63,929 nucleotides of DNA, from the NCBI RefSeq assembly GCF_001194135.2, contig NC_068984.1, forward strand, positions 31,975,958-32,039,886. The letters run 5' to 3'. Each line of letters begins with the position of its first letter. Within the stretch, counting starts at the first letter, position 1. This document shows positions 53,405 through 63,929 of the stretch, piece by piece. Below the pieces are notes generated by a model. The model was given only the letters and a program-made list of their open reading frames with translations, was not told the DNA's origin and did not search any database. The stretch comes from Octopus bimaculoides (taxonomy: Eukaryota). Position numbers and translations under genes: made by a program.

Positions 53405-54240
53405 TACCTTTTCACCAGGTATATTTGACGACACCTTTATGCTCACCCCATTCCACGAGGACGCCTCCACTATACTAGATAATTTCATCAAGCTGGACCA
53501 ACATGTTAGCTTCATCATTGAACACCCAAGCAGCGATGTTTCCCTACCGTTGCTTGATTTTCAACTAAACGTCACGGACGAGGGAAAAATTGATACGGTG
53601 TTCTACGGAAAATCAGCTTGCTGGGCCCTCTTCGTCCATTACAAGTAGGACCTCCCTAACGAGGCTAAGATGATCTACGTAGTTAACGAAATCATCCAGA
53701 TACACAAAAAATGCAGTGACACCACCAGCCGGGACGCACATGGTACTCAGTTTCTAAGGGTACTTGACACCAACGGATATCAAACGTCCGTTTCTAACTC
53801 CGTATTCGAATGCAGACCAGTTAAACGTCGCAAGTGGGATCTCACTAAGACGTTCTTCTTAAAGATACCCCATTTCAATGAGAAGAACCCTTACACCATT
53901 TCAAGACTATCTACAGGGAAGGACTCAACATCTTACTGGCCCATTCAGGACCGTCCTCACGTAAACACCTATCGACGAGTTGGTCACATGCACAACAACA
54001 GCCCTTCACACTGGCGAACTGCCCCATTCGAAACTAACATGTCTTGTTAGAGTTTATTCTTTGTTTATTAAGTAACTGACCGTAACAGATTTCTACCACC
54101 GACGTTTGAAGAACCATACGGCCTTCGCCATTAGAGTCTGATGAGTCGTCCATAGGGGTAAGTGCTTTATGAACGCGAAACCATTGGTCACTCTATGATC
54201 GGACATATACTTAACTACATATCAATACATTACTGCTCTA
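53405..54240 (+). mobile_element. Penelope-like element remnant: RT C-terminal half plus 3' terminal repeat
   Basis: GIFDDTFML (Y/F.DD), F.IEHP..SLPLLDF.L.V, TVFYGK.A..FVHY, RVLDTNGY are characteristic of PLE RT palm/thumb. Stops and frameshifts present; no GIY-YIG seen. Confidence 0.88.
54132..54195 (+). ncRNA. Type I hammerhead ribozyme
   Basis: Stem I TAGAGT/ACTCTA; core CTGATGA (54138-54144); stem II closed by G54145-C54176; GAAA (54177-54180); stem III ACCA-T-TGGT; cleavage triplet GTC ending at 54189. Confidence 0.82.
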
Positions 54241-55839
54241 TGCTTTAGAGTGCGCTTCTTTTTCGGACATATGATACATATATATATATATATATTATAT
54301 TCGAGGCTCCAATGAAGCTATAGGATGTTATCCTGGCACTCGACTAAGAGTTTATTGCACCTTATTACAGAAACAGCCAAGCTTATGAAGTTCATAACCT
54401 TTGTTTTTCTTGTGTTATTTCTTTTACTTATAACCGCTTTATACACATCCAACACTTTGTTTTGTAACATACTTATATCGAGTTCTACCCCAATTTATTA
54501 GTCTCACGATGCCTAAGCAAAATATATGTGTTTATATGTATTTTTATACGTATTTTTATGCAGTTTTCTCCATTTTCTATTTACTTTAAATTTTGTTTTT
54601 TATATGTATATTACATGATATTTATCTCTTACTGGATGGAGTACGGTTTTTTCTTTTTTGTGATCCAGCCAATTACAAGATAGTACATGATGCATACGTA
54701 TATATCATATTTTTGACCAAAGCAAGAACAACCATCAAATGATGCAATCAAAAGTCTTTTCTAAATGTCTGTATAGTCTTTGTTTATCCCATTCGGTTCC
54801 AATAAGTGTCTGCAATAGCTTCTTGTAAGAACAATTTGAACCTTTGTCTTAGTTTACAGTCTTAATTTTTTGAGTAAGGGTTATATAATTTTCTAGTGCA
54901 CATTTGGTTGGATATTCACTGTTGTAGAGGAATTATTTCTTGCTGTCACCTTTTGATAACATTTTGTAATTTCAGCTAAATTTTTGAATATTTTTTCCTG
55001 TATTCTTATAGATTCCACTTTCAACTCCTCAGGCTTGTTTGACACTCCTGCTTCTGTTTCATACTTGAAAGCCACTTGCTTTCTGCCTATTTTCTATACA
55101 TTTGTGTTTTCTTACAATTATTCGCTAATAAATATTGTAGTACCATATCATCATCATCATGTTATGAAGAAGAAATATTAATCACAGATGACAACTTATA
55201 AACGGTTCGGGAAAAATACAAATGGAAGAATAGAAAATTATCAAAACAAATGACTCAACATAAAAGAATGAAAATGGGGAAAGTGGAAAAATTTTTTGAA
55301 CATAGCAAAGAAATCATCAGAAAAATAACTGCAAAAATTAATAAGACAATGCACTAAGATTTTCTTTGAAAATTAAACACAGTTACAAGACAAAATTACA
55401 CATCTGCATCACCATGTACTTTCTAAAGAATTTATAATGACACAAAAACAATTAGGTTCAGAATATAAACAACATGTAAAGGATAGATTATTGGTAAAAT
55501 TAAACTAAGGCATTATTCTCAACTTAACATAGGTTAACCTCAAGACATTGTAGATTTTCAAATGAAATACCTCAAAAGCTGCTTCCTGGCAGATTCAGTT
55601 GCACATGTGTAAAATTTGAGAAATGGTTAAATGAGAAGTACCTTGGAGGGTCCTAATTGAACCTAAGCAGTAATCTTTCATGTTTCATTTTCTTTGTTTT
55701 GTTATGTATTTTATCACAACTCTTCACTTAGTTTTAGGCAAGTATGTACATACACACACACACACACACACACATGTTCTTTGTTATCAACTCATCATCG
55801 TCATTGTCATTTGTGTCGTGTAAAAAAAAACAATTTCCT

Positions 55840-56005
55840 AAACAAACAATGAAGCCTGATGTAGTCCCCAGTCTAACCATCAGACCAATATCAACACCAT
55901 TGTCTGTTTTGGCATGGTTTCTATGGCTGGATGCCTTTCCTAATACTAACCACTTTACAGTGTCCTTGGTACAAGCATTACCACTTTTTACATGGCACCA
56001 GCACA
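55840..56005 (-). mobile_element. RTE-type 3'UTR fragment (similar pieces at 36520-36610, 37735-37830, 50170-50260, 59900-60150)
   Basis: Reverse complement resembles the UTR at 49730-49905 (GGATGC.TTTCCTAA..C.AACCACTTTACAG). Confidence 0.65.
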
Positions 56006-56345
56006 ACATAGTGACCTCATATCAAAATAAAATGTACATGACCTTGCAAGTGGGACCAGTTTGAATTTTCTTCAGATGGAGTAGCCCCTCCCACTAAAAA
56101 AAAATCCCTGAATAAGGGTTGTTTAAGTATGATGACTAAAAGACCCATGTTTCCAGAGGTGAATTATTCAAATGCCAAAGAATTTTTTTCAATACATGGC
56201 TATGATGCTCCCCTGCTTCCCCAGTATTCCTGCTCTTGATCAGTAATGCACATATCATCAACCACTAAGGGACTTACTCAACTGGTTAAGATCAGCCAAC
56301 TGACAAGCAAATCTGCATTATTGAGTAGAATATTTGCTCTAGCTG
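56005..56345 (+). repeat. Interspersed repeat family D, second copy
   Basis: Aligns with the reverse complement of 23035-23378. Confidence 0.75.
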
Positions 56346-56414
56346 ATTATTATTATAATAATAATTATTATTATTATCATTATTATTATTCTTAAGCCGA
56401 TTATTATTATTGCC

Positions 56415-56995
56415 TGCTGGGGAAAATGCTTAGCAGCATTTTGCCCGTCTTTATTTTCTGAATTCAAAGGTTGACTTTGCTTTCTGTTCTTTCAGGGTCC
56501 ACAAAATAAGTGCCAGTTATGCACTGGGGTCGATGTAATCGACTAACTCCCTCCCAAAAAATTTCAGGTTTTGTATCTATAGTAGAAAGGATTATTATCA
56601 TAAATGTTTTATCTTCATGTTCTGAGTTCAAATTCCACTGAAGTCGACTTTGCTTTTCCTCCTTTTGGGGTCAATAAAATAAGTACCAGTTATGTACTGA
56701 GTCGATATATCCAACTTACTCCCTCCCCAAAATTGCTGGCCCTGTGTCAAAACTTGAAATTGTTATTGTTATCATTGTTATTGTTATTATTACTGGTGCA
56801 GAATTGTTAGCATGGCAGGTGAAAAGCTTAGCAGTAATTTGTCTGCTGCTACATTCTGAGTTCAAATTCTGTTGAGGTTGACTTCGCCTTTCATCCTATT
56901 GGGATCGATTAAATAAGTACCAGTTATGCATTGGGATCGATGTAATCAACTTAATCTCCTCTTAATCTGCTCTTGTGACAAAAATTTGAAATAAT
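56415..56995 (+). mobile_element. Three head-to-tail SINE family A copies
   Basis: Repeated TTCTGA.TTCAAA, GACTT.GC.TT, AATAAGT.CCAGTTATG motifs separated by (ATT)n-rich spacers. Confidence 0.85.
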
Positions 56996-57399
56996 TGTTA
57001 TTAGTACCTGCTGCTGAAATTGATTAGAATGTGCCAAAATTTTGCTCTGATAATTCTTGAAATTTTGGAAGTATGACTGAAGAAAGCAGTTCTTATTTTT
57101 AGATTTTTATTTCCCCCCTTAGGACCTTTACTGAACAAAGTTCACTTCATGATGGCATTAACCAGTAAGGTTGGTTTTTAAAATATCCCTATTTTTTATT
57201 CCATTTTCTAGCTGTAAGGCAAAAATAGCATCTAGAATTATGGAATATGCTCCTCTATCATAACAAATAACATGGAAAAGGGCAAAACAGCTGCCAAACA
57301 AAACAAAATATAAACACATTATGGAACACCAAAACAAATAACGAAGAATAAAACAAATAACAATGAATGACACAAATAACATTTCTACAAGAACACATT

Positions 57400-57900
57400 G
57401 TGTGACAACAGGTTTGATAACGGCAATAACAACAAAAGCGGTATTCCTGCATGTATTTTGGCACATGAAAATGTAGTGAGCAAAGCACCATCATTTGCAA
57501 GTGCTCTTTTGAACAAAAATCATTTATATATGAAGTATTTTACTGAAAGATCTAAAGCTTGGCAGTATAATGTCCAGAAGTGAGGCTGGTGCCTGTGTTG
57601 GGGACATTATACAATCCCTGGCGAAAAAAGAAGTTTGCTTATCTATGTTTTGCAAAGCTACAGTGCTTTCCTTGTGTCTAAACAGGTGTTTGAGACAGAT
57701 CTATCAGATTATTTGAGTAAAACGTTATTTATTATGAGAAAGTGCATATGACTGTATGTGTCATCCTGAGATGGATAAAGCATTAGCTCAAATTCTATAT
57801 GAATTAAATTGCCTTTAATTGGTCCTACAGTATTTGAAAGAAAGGAGCAGAATGGCCACTGTTAGGGAAATCAGAGATGATGGTGACACTTATTTAGTAG
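57400..57900 (-). mobile_element. Decayed LINE RT fossil
   Basis: RQG-CIMSP (one frameshift) near 57600-57625, followed by an LANDGAL (ADD-like) segment near 57480-57500. Confidence 0.4.
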
Positions 57901-58207
57901 TTTCCTTTGTAGCACAGGATGGCCATCTAGATAGCTGATACAGACATGATATTTGGTTGTAATATGGTTGGGTAGAATTGCCAACTCGGCAAAACCATAA
58001 AATAAACAATATCAGTACTGTGACATGTAGAACTGCGATCTGATGATATTAAAGGATATACTTGAATAATAATTCTGTGTTAATAAAATATGGTTTATTT
58101 CGGTTCAAGATGGTTTTCATAATACTGAAAAGAATCAGAGTTTCTACACCAAGTTTTGAGTCTCCAAACATGAAGCAGTTTATAAAGTAAATATAGAATG
58201 AAAGATA

Positions 58208-58208
<1 letters not shown>

Positions 58209-58261
<53 letters not shown>

Positions 58262-58377
58262 NNNNNNNNNNNNNNNNNNNNNNNNNNNNNNNNNNNNNNN
58301 NNNNNNNNNNNNNNNNNNNNNNNNNNNNNNNNNNNNNNNNNNNNNNNNNNNNNNNNNNNNNNNNNNNNNNNNNNNNN

Positions 58378-58421
<44 letters not shown>
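58209..58421. repeat. (GA)n microsatellite spanning a gap
   Basis: Directly visible. Confidence 0.97.
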
Positions 58422-58425
<4 letters not shown>

Positions 58426-59236
58426 GGGGAAGAGAAAAACACACTGAGTGACTAGAAGTTAGTTAAAATTATGTTTTCAGAAATAAACAGACATGCCCAG
58501 TTTAGGTTAAAGCAACAATGAAATGTTATGCAATTCTGTTTTTTTTTATTGATAAATTGAATGCATTATTTCACCAGTCATGTTCTGATTATGGAAAGAT
58601 ATTTGTTTGCTATATGTCTAAATGTTGAAGCCAAATAAATAAGTAGGGACTCAGCTGTCAATGCATTTAGAAATGTTTTGCATCTATTATGAATATTTAC
58701 TATGTTTTGTTTAGAATGTGTAATTTATTTTTCCATGTATCCCCAATGACTAGAGACAAGATAAAAGAAATAAGAAAAAATACTGAAATTCATGTACAGA
58801 AATTCATACTGGGTTTTTATATTTATAACCAAGGTGGAAAATGTAAAAATATCCGAAGAGACAAAAATAGGCTGAAAAATAATGTTGCTTTCTAGAGATA
58901 TTTTAAAAGAATAATTTTAAATGAAATATAAATGGCAGTTAAAAAGTAAATTACAAAATGAAGCATATTGATAGTTATTGGATGATTTATACAGGAATGA
59001 AAAGGTAGAATATTTGACTTATATATCTGATAGATATCTTACTCAAAATTCACTACATGTGCTTTAAGTTGCCTTTAGGTAAAACAGTTAATTCTAATGC
59101 TTGAAGGGAGTTTAGCAAAAGAAAATAGGAATGAAATTTGTTGGCTCTTTAATCCAGAGTAGATTTTAAAAAATGTTAATTTTTATTTACTTAGTGCCAG
59201 GATATTGCAATAAATCCCTCACTAATATTGATTTGA

Positions 59237-59865
59237 AATTTTGGCAGAAGGCTAGCAAGTTCAGATGAAGGGTAAGTCAATTTTTTCAATCTCAATGCTC
59301 AACTGATTCTTATTTTATCGATCTTATAGGGATGAAAGGCAAAGTTGACCTCAGCAGAATTTGAACTCACAATATATAGATGAACAAAATGCCACTAAGC
59401 ATTTATCTCAGTGTGCTAATGATTCTGCCAGCTCACCACCTTAAACCGCTCACTAATATTACAAGTTCACAAGGTGAAGGTAACTCTGTGAAGAAACTTG
59501 AAATATAAAATTTCCAAAGAATAAAATGTTTAGGAATAACAATGCAATATAGAACAAAAAATGAACTGTATACCTGTTGTATCTTGGTAAACTGTAGTCC
59601 GATGATATTTCGGAATTAGAATTACTTCTTCAGATCTTATTTGCTGGAGTCTCTGCTATAAACTCCAAATTTTAAAATTTAGCACAGTTTTTGATAGGTG
59701 GAGGAAGCCTGGTATTTTACTCCTGCTTATTTTATTGACCTTGAAAGGATGATAGGATAGGCAAAGTCAACCTCAGGGGAATTTGATCTGAGAAGGTAAA
59801 GACAGACAAAATACTGCTAGGTGTTTTGTCTGGCATACCGAGGATTCTGCTAGCTTCAGTGGCCT
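59237..59865 (-). mobile_element. Two SINE family A copies (59237-59442, 59705-59865)
   Basis: GATGAAAGGCAAAGTTGACCTC.GCAGAATTTGAACTC homology. Confidence 0.8.
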
Positions 59866-61350
59866 TAGAAGAAACCTAAGATATAATAATAAAGACAGGT
59901 TATGATGATCATCATTCATCATCATTTTCATGTAGACTTTTCTGTGCTTGCAAAGGTTGACTGGAGTTTCTTGAGACAGATTTTTTACAGCTAGATGTTC
60001 TTCCTGTCACCAACCCTCACCTGCTGCCAAGAGACATAATATTTTTTATGGTCAGGCATGTTCTTGCAGAATATTGGAAAGGAATGGCATGCTTGTATGA
60101 CAATGACAACCATTTTACAAGTATCAGGTGATGCTGACACAGGGAGACACAAACATACATACAAACTTCTTATCACACAATCATGCATCCATTTGTCAAT
60201 CAATGAAAATTATTAACTATTATCTTAAACTGAAAATTTATAGTTAAATATTACACTTCACACAACAGATTTGTAAAGAATATTTTTGCACCAGTAGACA
60301 TGAAAATGTAATGATTCAGAGAAAGAAAGACACTAGTATTACAAGAAAAGATAAATTCAAGTTACTTCAGATTAGAAATAAAATACAAAATATGAGGCAC
60401 CAAATGGAATAAATAAGAATTGTTTTACAAAGTTGAAAAGTAGTTTGTTAATTTGCGATAAATACATGAATCATCATAGTAATTTATTTATTAAAAAGAA
60501 AATTTATGTATAAACATTTTTTTTCAGGATTTGAACTCAGAATATAGAAGATGAAATTAAACATGGTAAGGTATTCAGTTCAGAATTCTATTATTTTTGC
60601 TAATGAATTGCTGCTTAACATCAAAATTATAAAGATTAAAAAATAAAAACAATAACAGTGATAATGAATCCTATAGATCTTCCCACATCACATCATAGTA
60701 TTGAATATTGCAGGCCTGCAGAACTCATGCAAGGATGTATAGCAAAAATAAGATAAATGAATGCATTTTAAAATATTCGTGTTTTAAGGATATATTTATT
60801 CAGACATTAATGAAACTTTAACCCAGAAAGATACAAAGAAATAAGAAGAAAAGTAGTCAAGAAACTTCTCTTCAAAGACTTCCTGTAGAAGAGTTTATTG
60901 TTTACTGAAACAAATTCTGTATCATAGATGCACAGGGGTCATCATACTCCACCATTGTTTAATGCTTTGAAGCATACTTTCATTCATTCATTCATTTATT
61001 CAACTATTCATTCAGTCTTTCAATGTGACATTTCAGAAATGTCTGTCACTTCATTTGGCTCACTTTCCTTAGTTACTACTTTCTATCCAACCTATCCACA
61101 CAACCCACACATAGACCCTCATCCATAAACACCAGAAACATACTTTATATACTTAAAAGTCACAACTGTTGCCACAAGTATGAATGAATTTTTTGTCGCA
61201 TCAATTTAACTCAGAACTCATTTCAAAATAAATGGTAGTAATTGTATGTAAAAAAAGATTGCCTTTTATTTTTTTTAAAGACAACTAAACGATAATTTTG
61301 TGAAATCAGACAAACTAATATAACATTGAAGCTTTTGCCAGTTATTATTA

Positions 61351-61381
<31 letters not shown>

Positions 61382-61876
61382 ACAACCTTTCATGACTCAG
61401 AATAACATGCATAGTATCTATGATAAAATAATAATTGACAAATATCTTTCACACCATTGGCAATTACTGTCTGCATCATATGGAATACGTGCATGTTACA
61501 TATATTCTTATCAAATTCTATGATTTGCTTATTAATCATAATTTGAAACGCTTTCATATAATAAATTGGGAGTTTGTCATTTTGCATCAACTTACTTCAA
61601 TTCATCATACAAGAAATAATAAATGTGACAAATTAGTTACCTAATATAGAAGTTAGTATTAGAACAATGCTGTCTCACATGACACGCACGCACCTCAGCT
61701 GCTATATTCCATTAGAAACATCTAAGACTAAGACTTTGTAGCAGGAAATACAAAGTACACACCAATTAAAATTAGAGTGAAATACATTAGAAACTGAGAT
61801 TTCTAAATACAATTTGGATGTGGAAGAGAAGAATCTTTTGTAAAATATGACAAAGATACCAAAACTATATATATCT

Positions 61877-63515
61877 TCTATATATAGAAAAGAGAGATTC
61901 TGTCTGTTTGTTTGTTTGTCCAGCAAGATGAAAGTAAATGATTCAGGGGAAGCTATTATGCTTTTTCTATATATATAAAATCGAAAATGTCTCTTTCTCG
62001 GACAAAATGAAAGTACCTGGTTGAAGAAGAAGCTATTATGCTATTGCCTAATTTGTCTCAACAAAAGTTATGCAATGGTACAACACAAATTATGCACAAA
62101 CTTATGAAGAAATACATTGAGGCAAATATTCTCACTGATTGTGGTAAAGGTGACACCATCTTCATTCCTCACATACTAGTTATATCATCTAATGTCCCAT
62201 TCCAAATTTAAGCCATTGCAGTTTCTTATCCCGCTTTCTTTTGCCATGAGCATTAATAAAAGTCAGGGCCAAACACTAAAAGTTGCTGGATTGCAACTTG
62301 AAGAACCATGCTTTTCACATGGCCAACTTTATGTAGGAACATCACATGTGAGAGCTGTGTAATTTGCTTCAATAAAAATTATGCAATAGTACAACACTAA
62401 TTGGGCACAGTCTTTTGAGGAACTGCATTGAAGCAAATGCAACCTGAAATAAAACAAAAAACATTGTTTATAAAGAAATATTCACTATGAATACAACATG
62501 AATACTTCAATAACTTAATTTGCCATTGCTATCTTTAGATTCAAGAATTACTAAATTACCTATTTAAATGAAGAGTATTATATAATTGCCATTACTGTAT
62601 TCATAAATTAAATAACACATACAACTCATTTATTTTTGTCATATAATAAACAAACAGAAGTTCATGTATGAAATCCATCTTTTTCTACTTCAATTATTAC
62701 ATGTTTTTCTCTTATCTAATACACACATACAGGAGGAGTAAATCTAAATCTGTAGTCATAGTCTCGCCCTAATTCAGATAATTCAGATATTGTTAACTAC
62801 CCCATCGAATTTTTGAACTCACAAGAACCACCAAGTACATCTCCCCATTGTCCTCACCTGAAAAAAGGGACTCCTATTGCCTAATTTGTCTTCACCAAAA
62901 TTATGCAATGGTATAAGATTAATTATGCACAAATTCATAAGGAACTGCACTGAGGCAAATATTCTCACTGGTTGTGGTAAAGGTGAGACTGCCTTCATTC
63001 CTTGCATACTAGTTATACTATCTAATGTCCCATTCCAATTTAAGTGGTTACAGTTTCCTATCTGAGTTTCTTTTGCCATGAGCATTAATAAAAGTCAGGA
63101 CCAAGCACTAAAAGTTGCTGAATTGCAACTTGAAGAACCTTGCTTTTCACATGACCAACTTTATTTAGAAGCATCACATATGGGAGCAAAAGCAAATCTT
63201 TTTGATTATGTGCTCTGAAATAAAACAAAAAAACATTATTTATAAAGAAATATTCACTCTTAATGCAACATGAATACTTCAATAACTTAATTTACCATTA
63301 CTATCATTGCATTGAAAAATGAGTAAATTACCTACTTAAATGAACTGCATTATATAATTTCCATTACTGTATTGATAAATAAAATAACACATACAACTCA
63401 TTTATTATTGTCATATAATAAACAAACACAAGTTCATGTATGAAATTGATTTTTTCTCTACAAGTATTACATATTATCCTCTTATGAAAATACACACATA
63501 CAGGAGGAGTAAATT
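61877..63515 (+). mobile_element. Helitron-derived tandem array: 5'-TC ends plus two copies of a PIF1-helicase C-terminal fragment
   Basis: KLCNG.RL, ILTGCGKG...[49 protein letters not shown] are Helitron RepHel helicase motifs. TCTATATATA starts at 61877 and 61966. Confidence 0.92.
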
Positions 63516-63616
63516 ATATATATAGTATTTCTTTAAATGTCACTCCCGAGAAACAGTAAAAGTAATTACCTGAACGACAGATATATATATATAGTAAAAG
63601 TAATTACCTGAACGAC

Positions 63617-63929
63617 AGGTTTGGGTTCATGCCAGGTAAAAGCACTACTGATGCCTTATTTCTAGTGAGACAGTTGCAGGAGAAATACCTAGCTAAGGAT
63701 AAACCTCTGTACCTGGCTTTCGTTGACATGGAGAAAGCCTTTGACAGGGTCCCCCGATCCCTTATCTGGTGGTCAATGAGGAAACTTGGGATAGAAGAAT
63801 GGTTAGTGAGAGCTGTGCGAGCCATGTACAGAGATGCTGCCAGTAAGGTGAGGGTTGGAAATGAGTACAGCAATGAATTCCGGGTAGAGGTAGGGGTCCA
63901 CCAAGGTTCCGTCCTCAGCCCCCTCTTAT
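63617..63929 (+). mobile_element. Young 5'-truncated RTE LINE, uninterrupted RT frame running off the window
   Basis: FGFMPGKSTTDALFLVRQLQEKYLAKDKPLYLAFVDMEKAFDRVPRSLIWWSMRKLGIEEWLVRAVRAMYRDAASKVRVGNEYSNEFRVEVGVHQGSVLSPLL, no stops or frameshifts. Confidence 0.97.

Noticed and set aside
54304-54384. Second hammerhead-like motif (AGGCT-CCAATGA...GAAAC-AGC..AGCTT)
   Set aside because: Two core mismatches and stem III/cleavage site lost; at best a dead relic.
57123-57262. Plus-strand two-exon model (TFTEQSSLHDGINHCKAKIASRIMEYAPLS*)
   Set aside because: Requires a 47-nt intron and has no supporting upstream exons or recognisable product.
57800-57940. Plus-strand exon-like frame YLKERSRMATVREIRDD
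   Set aside because: Antisense to the decayed RT fossil; likely a shadow frame.
1-63929. CRISPR arrays, rRNA genes, operons or prokaryotic systems
   Set aside because: Sequence is eukaryotic repeat-rich DNA; no regularly spaced repeat-spacer array or rRNA-like sequence was seen.

Overview
AT-rich, CpG-poor eukaryotic genomic DNA from a gapped short-read scaffold (14 N-gaps, most flanked by microsatellites). The repeat content suggests a coleoid cephalopod such as Octopus; this is an inference, not a search result. No complete, recognisable host protein-coding gene is present. Nearly all ORFs in the supplied track are translated microsatellites, N-gaps or transposon relics. The window is a mosaic of tRNA-type SINEs, LINE fragments (RTE, Tx1/L1), Penelope-like elements, mariner and Chapaev3-like DNA transposon remnants and a tandem Helitron helicase fragment. 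Highlights: (i) a CpG-island promoter at about 52.2-53.3 kb with YY1/NRF1/ETS-type motifs, driving a probable minus-strand gene, plus two further promoter/first-exon candidates at 42.9 kb and 4.55 kb; (ii) a Penelope-borne type I hammerhead ribozyme with an intact catalytic core (54132-54195) about 1 kb from that promoter, plus decayed hammerhead-like motifs; (iii) long fold-back structures (a 200-nt hairpin and a 1.84-kb inverted repeat) that would lie in that gene's introns. I see no convincing new multi-gene system; the best leads are RNA-structural.
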